NCBI GenBank assembly: GCA_047495785.1
Contig: JBLDXI010000007.1
Span: 3,224,001 to 3,288,000 of the forward strand
Length of the DNA stretch: 64,000 nt
Origin: Lepidodermella squamata
Lineage: Eukaryota > Animalia > Gastrotricha
Direction: 5' to 3'
Shown here: positions 1 to 9,775 of the stretch, piece by piece
Position numbering within the stretch: position 1 is the first letter of the stretch
Layout: each line of letters begins with the position of its first letter
The notes under the pieces: generated by a model
Databases searched by the model: none
What the model saw: the letters and a program-made list of their open reading frames with translations, nothing else
What the model was told of the DNA's origin: nothing
Translations under genes and position numbers: made by a program

Positions 1-1234
1 AACTCTGACATACGTTTTAGCGATACGGCCATGTGACAATGCCGTAACCAGCTGTTGCGGGAATTCTTCGCTACACAAAGAAGAATTGGCGAGGTAAATT
101 GTAACATTTCTTGTTGACAGCTCTAATTTATGCTTGTCGGCATATGCTGCAATTTCGTCCAGGAAACAGTTGCAAAGCCGATTTGGACTTCCTGTTTTCA
201 GATAGTAGAATTATTTCATGTGCTCATCGAATTCATTACTCACCTGATAAACCTATATTCGCAATATGGATGCCAATTTTGCGAGATTTCTCCCAAAACT
301 TCATTCCCATTGTTGAATTCAATATGCAATCCAGAGCATCATCGAATTTCTCATTTGGGGTTGCGAAAACCACCTGAGCAGTAGCAGCCAAAGCTATATC
401 AGGTTCGATTTTCCCGAATTGTGCGAAATTATGCTTAAAGGCTTCATTCTGAATAACAGATTGCAAACTCAAAAAATCATCTGTTGCAACAAGCCAGTTG
501 ACAAATTTCCGATTATCTTCGCTTAAATTCTCCGACATTAGCATGGGGTTGTACCCCCGATCTGAGATTCTAGCTTGTTGGTGAAGCATCCACTTTGTAT
601 TACCATCATTCGGATTATTTTCAGCCAGTCGTTGCTCGTAATGGGAGTCAGTAATCCCGTAAAAGTGCTCGTTGACCAGAAAAACTTCACCAAGGTTCAT
701 TGGATCAGGCCAGTCGAGGCGAAATAGCCGCCCAGAACCGATTGCCAAGAACAGGGAGGTAGCTAGGCCTATAAGGCGTTTATTCAAGTCACCGCAACTT
801 GGCCGAGCTCGAACTGCACACTTTTTACCGTTTTTGTTTATTGATGGGAAAAACTGGTCATAGCAGGCTTTTTGAGGTAGCTGAGGAAGTTCGCACGTTG
901 CCGTTACCAACTGAAGGCCTACTCTGTCTTTTTCTAGTTTTTTCGATTGCTTGGTGAAGTAGGTGGACCAGATTGACTCAGCGAGAACTTTGGCCGATTG
1001 CTGCCGTGCCGAGAGTTTCCTCTCGTAAGAAATAATAATTTCTTCTGTAGGGAACTGCCAGCTTGTGGCTGCATCAATCGCACCAGGGCTTGATGTTACA
1101 TCTTTTTTGTGAAGTGATGGAATTATTGGTTTTGAAATTGAAGATTTCAGGAAGATTCGGATGGATAATATCAGAACAATGAGGGTTAGTATCACAGCTA
1201 AGACTTTGGTCACCCTTCTTTGCAGCGAAATCAT
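1..1234 (-). CDS. Type II membrane GT-B fucosyltransferase-like protein (GT37/GT11/GT23-like) with degenerate motifs; 3' end runs off the window
   Basis: ATG 1234 MISLQRRVTKVLAVILTLIVLILSI (signal anchor). CGDLNKRLIGLATSLFLAIGSGRLFRLDWP resembles the GLGNR...LLVDW segment; KIGIHIA resembles motif I. GT-AG intron 243-192, then an open exon GSPNRLCNCFLDE...VTIYLANS (motif II-like) to position 1. Confidence 0.6.
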
Positions 1235-1688
1235 GGCAGTACGAGGCAATAAACAACAATGCACTGACACTTGAGGTAGCAATGGTTGATTGATATTAGA
1301 AGTAGCTCAATAGATCGATATTATGCATGCTTAAATCATGAGGCCGATGCTAATGCACTGAGAAAATGCGAGTATTAAAAGAACATTAGGATTACGGTAC
1401 TTGGGCATAGCAGGAGAGAACCTTAAATAAATAGCGATTTACAACAGAAATTAGGTTAAGATGTTCAGATTTTCAACCGTCAACACAGAACTCAATTCAG
1501 GACCGTTATCGGAACAATTTGAGTAAACTGCCAGAGTTAGAATAGATTATTGCTTCTTTATTTCAAACAAATTCCTTCACCATTCATATTTTTCTTAGTA
1601 TTTGATGCTGTAGAATTACGGCTGCAGGACAACAGAATCTGTACCGGAAAAACAATGCAAACCAAGAGGCAACATAGATAGAAATTTC

Positions 1689-3048
1689 CTAACCTTTACC
1701 TTTGGAGGAACTTGCTGTTGTAGACTCTTTCGTCACAGTCGTCGTAGTTTCCGGTTTTGTTTCATCCTTCGCCTCAGGTGTGGTAGCATCCGACGCAGTT
1801 GTCTCAGCATTCAGTTCCATCGCTCTCCACTTGGTCTTTGGAGTCGCTGACTTGTTCTTCCTGCTCCTCCTCTTCTTCTTCTTCTTTGTCTCACTTCCAA
1901 CATCGCCGGAATCAGTTGTTGCCTCGTTCTCAGCAGTGGTCACATCGCCTTTATTCGTAGCTTCAGTAGTCGATTCCTTCTTACCACCGACTTCGTTCAG
2001 TGTTCGAGATTTCAACCACTTGGAAGATCGACTCGAGGCAGATCCGTACTTTCTACGGCAGTAGGACTTCCATTGCTTCCAGCCGTCGCCATTCATCGAT
2101 TTGTACCTATCGCACATCCCCTTAGTAGATGGCTTCATGGTACCTGAGTCGTTATCGTTAGCCTGAACGTCTTCGTCACTATCTTCAGTCTTCTTGGTTT
2201 CCTTCTTTTCGGAAGATTTCGCGGACTTGTCGTCATCACTCAAACCCCGACCGCGACGTGCAGGACGGCCGAATTTCTTCTTACAATATGACCTCCATTT
2301 ATTGTAGTTCTTACCTCCCTGAGCCTTGTATTTGTCGCAGAGCGGCTTTGAAGGGAGCTGTTTGAGGTCCTCGGAACTTTCTTCACCTGATTCTGGCTCC
2401 TTTTTCTTACCGAGGGTTCGCTCATCCCACTGCTCATCTTCCTCCTCTTCCGATTCACGGAGTGGTCTGCGCTTTTTCTTACGATCAAATCCATCCTCAG
2501 CAGAATCGGCGAGCCGGCGAACTGGGTAGTTCCAGTGCCAGCGACGGTCAGGCAGGGCGCGGCCGCCCCTCTTAGGCCGGAATCTCTTAGGCCTGAATCC
2601 CCGCCGTCCATCAGGGCCATCTTCATCTTCCTCGAGGCTCTCTTCAGCTTCGATATACCGACCCCGGGCTGGCACTTCCTCCCCGGAAGACAGACGCCGT
2701 CTTCGTCGCAACATTTCATCGCTGTCGCCTGAAAAATCTTGAAGCCTTTTACCCCTCGGGCGCCTTGATCGGCGATTTGCAAAACGTCTTGGCCTGTCAA
2801 TAGAGCGTATTCCTGGCAGCGCGCGGCCATTGGTTGGCAATATTTCAGATGGACTTTTTGTTGTTGAGTCTTCCGAGCTGTCGTCTTGAATCACGCGGCG
2901 TTTGATAGCCTTACTGCTCTTCGAGGCTCTCGCATGGCTAAGCTCTGTTGAAGGAAAGGCAAAGATTTCGCGGTGACATCTTGGACTAATGAAACAAACC
3001 TGCGATAATACAAACTGTTACTAAGAGAAAAGCTAACTTGTATATCAT
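1689..3048 (-). CDS. Secreted low-complexity Arg/Lys/Glu-rich precursor (~434 aa) with two 2-Cys modules; orphan
   Basis: Exon 3048-3000 (MIYKLAFLLVTVCIIA, signal peptide), phase-1 intron 2999-2945, exon 2944-1689 in frame with the 401-aa ORF. Confidence 0.8.
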
Positions 3049-3582
3049 TTTTCTAATGGACTAAATATGATACTGTTGCAAATGAGTGGATTCGGCGAGC
3101 TGATTATTCCAGCACAACGTGCCTATAGAGGGATTATCGGCTGAGACAGGTTGCTGCCGAGAATATGAAACGAATGGCTTATTAGATCTGAAGCCAGTTT
3201 CACGAAAGTTGGTTCGGGGAAAGTTGGTTCTTGGATGAATGTGATGATGCATACATCGGAAATCGCAACAGAAACTGAGAAATTCAAATCGGAAGAAAAA
3301 GGAAATGCTTGCTGCTGATTGATAAATAGACAATAGACCGTACTATTTTTCCAGACCCGAAAGGAGATGATCGCTCCTATACGGTAGGACATCATCATAA
3401 CGAAATCCGACCATAATCCACATTTTACGAGATGGAAACTTGAAAACTTCAATGCGTGGCCGGACGGGCTTAATTGACAGCAGTCTGTATTGGGTTATTA
3501 ACCTAGATTCATCTTTCATCATTGGATTTACCATAGATTATCATAAAAAAACACAATACTCGCTGTAGCCTGATTGATGATT

Positions 3583-4145
3583 TTATTTTCTAGCTTGAAT
3601 CACATAAGTTTTGTGGTGGACAACAGTATACGGCGCCTTTGTCTTCTTGCGCTTCGGACTCGCATGCCTATGGATACCTGGGTCCTTAGTGGTAGCCTCA
3701 GTAGTTTCAAATGAATCATCTGTTTTCAAAGGTACATCAGTAGTGCTGTAACTTGGGTTGACCCATGCCCAATCTCTAGGCCGGTACTCCTTTTGAGCTC
3801 CAAAACTGCGGAATCCACCGCGATGCATTCCACTTTCGTAATTTCCATAGCGACTATAGGGGACAACGTGTCTACGGCGATCAGGATGCATACGAGAGGC
3901 AAGTTGTGGAGACCTGCGTATCGGGAAATACTGCCCCTGGAAGCCGGAGTTTTCCGCCTTGAAATCCGGTCGGTCCCTGGAAAAACCAGCTAGCTCTCCG
4001 CGATTCTCATATTGCCGCTGAATGAACTGAGATTCGCCGAAACCTTTAGAAAAGATAGATGGAGAATTAAATTTACAAGAATGTAACGAAATGTAGTCTC
4101 ACCTATCAAGGCAGTGGTTATTGCTAAAAGCAGAAAAATCCCCAT
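3583..4145 (-). CDS. Small secreted orphan protein (167 aa), RDWAWVNP motif family
   Basis: Exon 4145-4103 (MGIFLLLAITTALI), phase-1 intron, exon 4043-3583 open and in frame with ORF 3583..3891. Confidence 0.8.
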
Positions 4146-4588
4146 GCTTAACTGCATATCAATTGCCAAGCATGAAAAGATGAATTTTCTTTTTGATTTA
4201 ATTAATCAAAAACGATGAACGCATGAAAATGGGTGGCAGGGCTCAGACAGAGTGATCAGCGGAATACTGATAAGGGGAGGCAAATTCTTGCACCTCGAGA
4301 AGCTCGTTAGGCGAAGGTGCAAAGTTTCCGAATTCGGTGAATAGAGATTTCACGAATGGAGTGAATCGAAATATCCTGTTCGAAAATGCAATACCCTTGG
4401 CAGCAACCCATTTCCTTAAATTATTTTGAATCGAGTTGACGAAGAATTTTAAACACTAAAACAGATTCAAAAATGCAATTTCCAGTTTTATTCATGTTTT
4501 GAACCTAATAGCCGATTTCGAATACTTGCGATCGGGTTTTAAATGCACAGTTTACAGTGTTTTTCTTCGATATTCATTTTACGAAAAA

Positions 4589-5123
4589 CTATTTTCCTGC
4601 CAAAAGATGATACTTATGCACCATTATTTGGGTGGCAGTGAAAGTAACAGTCCGCGGTCTTGCGGTCGTCAAATAAACGCATGGGAGATTCTCCCTGGAG
4701 CAGATATGTCTGCAGTGCTTCTTCTGAAGAGGGTTAAGTCGACGGATGCCTGGCGGGTACGACCCCGTGAAATAATAGTAACAGCGCCGAGGTATGTTGT
4801 TGTAGACAGCCTGGTAAGGATTCAGTGTCGTTGTTTCCATTATCGGCCGAGCACGGGGCGCGGTTACGATTTCCTCATACCTCGTCGTCGTAGTTGTCGG
4901 AGTTGTGCTAGTAGGCCCCGGGTTGACCCAGGCCCAATCACGATGCTTGGCCTTCGCATTCTTGCTGTGACTCGGAACATTTTTCCCATTGTTTGCAGAT
5001 GGGCCAGTACCTTTTAAAAAGGTGTGTTAACAAACTGATAAATAAGTTGATGTAAAGAAAAAACAACTAACCGAGGGCAGCGATAGTAGGTAAAAGTACC
5101 AGTATCACCCACAAATGAACCAT
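4589..5123 (-). CDS. Small secreted orphan protein (157 aa), RDWAWVNP motif plus 4-Cys module; copy A
   Basis: Exon 5123-5072 (MVHLWVILVLLPTIAAL), intron 5071-5011, exon 5010-4589 in frame with ORF 4589..4840; conserved paralogue at 6713-7302. Confidence 0.85.
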
Positions 5124-5216
5124 ATTCAGCTTGAAGTTCAGCTTGAAATTCCTAGGAAAAACGTTTTCGGGATAAAACAGTTCGCGAGAAAGGCTTGGTT
5201 CCTCTAAAACATAAAC

Positions 5217-5288
5217 ACCGTGAATTCCCATATACAAGCGCAGGCGCCACCTCTGTTCTTTTTAGAGCCACCTGGGTTTGTATGTATA

Positions 5289-5338
<50 letters not shown>

Positions 5339-5349
5339 GAATTCACGGT
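5217..5349. mobile_element. MITE with a perfect 18-bp TIR and an internal (TA)n tract
   Basis: accgtgaattcccatata (5217-5234) is the exact reverse complement of tatatgggaattcacggt (5332-5349). The segment is absent from the paralogous position in duplicate B (~7370-7390). Confidence 0.8.
5291..5336. repeat. (AT)n microsatellite
   Basis: About 23 perfect AT units. Confidence 0.95.
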
Positions 5350-5914
5350 ATTCGAAAGGAATCGAGTCAGGCTTACAGTAAAGTCTTTCGGAGGAGAAAG
5401 CTAAATTATGCTAGATAATCTACAGTCGTGGGAAAATGAATTTATAATTCAATCGAAAACATAATGTATTCTAGCAGAGAATGCTGCATTCAATGCTGCA
5501 TTCTGAATGCTGAAATGTCTCTCATCGTCAAGGCGAAAATCTGATCCCATCGAGACCTGGCAGAGCAATTTGTTGAAATGAAGAGGGCAATAGGTTTCAG
5601 TTTTCGAAGTGCGTACTACGATTTTAGCGATTTCTTTAAATTTAAGACGCATTTTGATACCGAAACACCGAAAACTGCCGGCTGAGCTGAGTATATAAGT
5701 CACCTGTGAGCGTATGGCGAGCTTAAACGCTATTTCCTTGCATTTTTACCTTAAAGAGCCTACAAACGATGCAATATTCTCGCAATATTCTTGTAGCAGA
5801 ATAAAATTCTTAATAGGGTTCCTTCTTTCCGTCGGAAATCTCTAGATTACACAAAGTTCACTTTATTAAAAATTCTGAAAGTTACACGCACCAAACTCAT
5901 TTCAGGTTCATTCT

Positions 5915-5965
5915 CAACCGCGATAAGGCCTAAAACGTCGAGTGTAACTGCGATACTGGGTAGTG
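5915..5965 (-). pseudogene. Remnant of the 3' end of the 7995-8283 gene carried along by the duplication
   Basis: Translates TTQYRSYTRRFRPYRG* versus ...SRSYGSYHRSSRPYRD* in the other copy; no upstream counterpart seen. Confidence 0.55.
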
Positions 5966-6344
5966 GGTGGATTCAATTTTAGCGATAATTTGTCTCTCCA
6001 TGCTTAACGATTTCTGAACCCATCGGTGTCAAATTTCCCACCCCAGGTAATTCGACCGTACTGCGAATACGATACCCAAATAATCATGAGACCTTCAGAA
6101 GTGAGGATTTTATGAGTCAAGTATGCCTACTTTGAGCTCGAATTTCTCGAGTTATACTCCAAAGCCCTTCGAGAGACCTATGACACCTGACCAGGCTCAT
6201 ACCGAACTATTATTTTTGTAAAAAGCAGCCAAAACCCTGACCCTTTATCGAGATATGAGAGATTAAAGTTTTTCAATCTAGGTAACTTTCTAGGTCAGAC
6301 TTTCCTCCTAATCTGATCTCTATGATTTAGACGGCAGGCCGCCG

Positions 6345-6545
6345 GAACAGCAGATACCGAAAACAGCGAAACCGACATAACAGCGAAAATCGACTTTGCG
6401 CAAAACAGCAACCGACGTAATAGCTAATACCATTTGGGACAAAACAGCTGCGATTTATTAAGAGATTAAGATTTATTATTAAGAGTTAGCGACATAACAG
6501 CGAAAAAGCAAAACAGCAAAGCAACAAAACAACAAAACAGCGAAT
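6345..6545. repeat. Degenerate short-unit repeat (aacagc/aacagcgaaa) between the duplicated blocks
   Basis: About 10 copies of (a)aacagc(g/a)aa at irregular spacing. Confidence 0.55.
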
Positions 6546-6712
6546 TATACATTAAATTAATAAGCCAACAATTCCCAGGGATGTTCCGGTTTTCGTCTTT
6601 TTTTATTAATGATTTAAACCGTCTGATTACGAATTTTTGCAATGGGTTGTTAAATGCACTGTTTACAGTTTACAGTATTTTCTCTCGACATGAATTTTAC
6701 GGCAAAGAGTTA

Positions 6713-7302
6713 TTACTTTCGTGCCAAAAGATGATATTTATGCACCATTATTTGGGTGACAGTGAACGTGACAGTCCGCGGGATTACGGTCGTCAAATTA
6801 AAGCATGAAAGATTCTTCTTATAGCAAATTAGTCTGCAGCTCTTCCTTTGATTGGGCGAAAGTCGAGCGAAGCCAGGCGGGTACGACCCCGTGAAATGAT
6901 AGTAACAGCGCTGAGGTATATTGTTGTACACAGCCTGGTAAGGATTCTGTGTCGTTTTCTGTAAGATTTTCCGCAAATCACGGGGTGGGAGAATAATTTC
7001 CCAGTAAGGCGTCGTTGTTTTCCTAATCGGCTGAGCACGGGGCTCAGTTACGATTTCCTCATACCTCGATGTCGTAGTTGTCGGAGTTGTGCTAGTAGGC
7101 CCCGGGTTGACCCAGGTCCAATCACGATGCTTGGCCTTAGCATTCTTGTTGTGACTCGGAACATTTTCCCCATTGTTTGCAGATGGGCCATTATCTTTTG
7201 AGAAGGTGTATTAGCAAACTAACAAATGAGTTCGTGTTAGAAGAACTAACCGAGGGCAGCGATGGTTGGTAAAAGTACCAGGATCACCCACAAATGAACC
7301 AT
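6713..7302 (-). CDS. Small secreted orphan protein (177 aa), RDWTWVNP motif plus 4-Cys module; copy B
   Basis: Exon 7302-7251, intron 7250-7195, exon 7194-6713. Same structure as copy A plus a 20-codon in-frame insertion. Confidence 0.85.
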
Positions 7303-7994
7303 AATCAGATGGACCAGCTTAAAATTACTAAAAAATATTCCAAGATAAAACAGTTCGCGAGAAAGGCGCCTCTAAACTTTAAAACATTAATCAGGCTCAT
7401 AGGAAAAACTTTCGCGAGTGAAGGGATAATTATGCTACATTCTCTGCCGTCGTGGGATAATGAATTTAGAATTCAATTAGAAACATAACTTATTCTTGCG
7501 GAGAAATTCTGCATTCCGAATGCTGAAATGTCTCTCGTCGTAAAGGTGAAAATCTTTTTCCATCGAGACCTGGCAGAGCAGTTTGTTGAAATGAACAGGG
7601 CAATAGGTTTCAGCTTTCGAAGTATAACTTCTGAGCTCGTTCAGTTACTCAGCATGGAGTCAAAATTAGTAATCGAGTATCAGTTTGCGACAAATTGCGA
7701 GTTTAGGTAGCTTTCAAAAGTGAATGACGCATTTTGGGACCGAAACACCGAAAACTGACAGCTGGAGCTGGGTACCGATATGAGTCAGCTTAAACAATAT
7801 TTTTGTAATTTGTTTACATGTAAGAGCCTAAAAACGATGCACTGCTTTCGCAGATTTCCGCGCAGCCTTATTTTCGGCAACATTAAAATCTTACTTGGAT
7901 TCATTCTTTCCGCCGAAAATCTCTAAATGACCCAGAGTTCATTTTATTGAAAATTCTGTAAGTTACACGCATCAAACTCATTTCAAGTTCAGCC

Positions 7995-8283
7995 TCAATC
8001 GCGATAAGGCCTAGAACTTCGATGGTAACTTCCATAACTGCGACTGTGGGTCTTGCGATATCGCCGCCGCCGCGTTGCGCGTTTTTGGCTGTTATCGGAA
8101 CGGTCTTGGACTTCGTCGTCCTTTCTCGATGATCTTGCTTTTTCGAAAGCGACTTGTTTGACCTGCGTGACGAGCATGACTCTATTTAAAGGCTAATAGG
8201 AAAGATACAGGGCATTTTAGAAATGACGAACCAATAGCAACTAAAACAACCACAAGAATGAGGCAACATTGTAAACAATTCAT
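7995..8283 (-). CDS. Probable small secreted Arg/Ser/Tyr-rich protein; exon junction unresolved
   Basis: Signal-peptide-like exon at ATG 8283 (MNCLQCCLILVVVLVAI), basic ORF 7995..8177 ending RRRRYRKTHSRSYGSYHRSSRPYRD*, AATAAA ~45 nt downstream. The obvious phase-1 splice does not join these frames. Confidence 0.45.
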
Positions 8284-8470
8284 TTCTCCTATCTATGTAT
8301 CCTACGTTTTCTCCCGTGTTTTAGCAAAGTTGATTTACTCCGACATCAAAAGATTAGACTCAGACGAATTCCTAATGAGAATGCTCAATGAATTTCACAG
8401 ACAGAACGTAAAAAAAATCAATTTATTCAAATAAAAAAATGAGCATCTGTGGTAGAATCGTATAGCAAAA

Positions 8471-9475
8471 TCATTCCGACCAAGGTTGTAATTCCCCTCG
8501 AATCTCGTCGTGATTTTTGCTCAACGCCAAAATTTTTGGCTTGAAAGGCAGGTCACTCGATCCTTCAGGGAAGCAATACTCCGGCTTCAAAATTCTAGAA
8601 GGAGGATGGTCGACAAAGTAGCGATTCAGCTGCGACTCGTCGTGCCACACTGCTATAAATTCATTCTTCATATCTGCCCTAGCACATTGAATGGTCTTCC
8701 GGCATAGGTCGTAGAAATTGTCCCGCTTTCCGCCAAACAATGCGCCGTAGTAGTAGTGAAGGGCCTTTTTGTCCTGGGGATCAATTGCTGCACAGGACTT
8801 TGGGTCGCGTTCGTAGGGAAATTCGGCTTGGTTGTTGTTATTCCAATAACTCGGGTGTAGAGCTCCGACTAGATTACCAATTAATTCATGCCCTACGTGG
8901 TCGACCATAAGCAAATCAGCATCCATGGAGTAAATGTAATCGAATCCCTGAAAGTTGACCAATACTCAAGCGTGAAGAATGAGGCTAGATGAAAAGTCTA
9001 GTAATACCTCGTCATCGAAGAGTTGACTCCTGTTAAGGTAGACCTCACACCTCATCAGCGAGTCCCACGGCCATCCCATTCGTTTCTGCTTCACCCCAAT
9101 CACGTCGTCTCCATGTGCAACCAGCTGCATTCTATCCGTGAAAATGACATAAGTGACATCGTAGGTCGCATTTGTTGCCAAAACTCCAGGGCTCGATTCG
9201 TTTAGATGCAAGTACTTCCTTGCGGCTTCGATCAGTCGCGGCGTGAATTTGGCGTATTTGCCAGTCGCAGCAATGAGAATGCCTACGCGAAACCGGGCTT
9301 TATCTGATGGAAGCAATGAACTATGAAATACACACTGGGAAAATGAAAAATTATTACGTTCAATTAGCATCAGCCACAGCAGGGCGGCGATTGTTACGAT
9401 TCCGAGGCAAAACGCTGCCCAAGCAGTCGGATTTTTTTTGAACCGGTAAATTTTCATATCGAACAAGCTAACCAT
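8471..9475 (-). CDS. GT6 family glycosyltransferase (ABO/alpha-1,3-Gal(NAc)T-like), type II membrane
   Basis: Exons 9475-9008 and 8947-8471 (phase 0). Motifs GILIAATGKY, YVIFTD, DYIYSMDAD (DxD), YYYGALFGG, WHDESQLNRYF, KILALSKNH. Confidence 0.92.
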
Positions 9476-9775
9476 AGCTTAAATCTCAAGGCTGCTTGTT
9501 TACAATAAAAAAAATGTTCTCATTGTATTACAGCGAGCATTGTGGAGATGTGTAGCGTAGAATTTACGCGTTCACAAGTGCTTTGACAATATACACAGCT
9601 TCACCAATGCGTGGTTACTTTCACACATTTTGTATTAGTTTTAATCCTGGTCGGTCAAATACAATCAATTTAGCTCGACTTCCGCTTTGTATATTTATAC
9701 TTAAAAGTCTCTAAATTAATTATCCCTGAAATTATTGCTTATATTATGTCTTTTTTATTTATCGTCGAAAAATTA

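Larger units (their letters stand above)
4480..8040. repeat. Tandem segmental duplication: ~4480-5965 and ~6590-8040
   Basis: Collinear matching of coding and non-coding sequence, e.g. catcgagacctggcagagca (5549/7561), cgaaacaccgaaaactg (5661/7741), and gttacacgca..caaactcatttca..cgcgataaggcct (5881/7962). Confidence 0.9.

Noticed and set aside
4499-5017. 172-aa plus-strand ORF
   Set aside because: Antisense shadow of the minus-strand gene; not kept open in duplicate B.
5152-5404. ORFs with YIYIYI runs
   Set aside because: Translations of the (AT)n microsatellite.
6345-6545. CRISPR-like or functional array
   Set aside because: Units are only 6-10 bp, degenerate and irregular; more like the interior of a decayed non-autonomous transposon.
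7995-8283. Programmed frameshift in the small basic gene
   Set aside because: The frame mismatch could equally be a weak alternative splice site, an indel or an assembly error; no slippery-site evidence.
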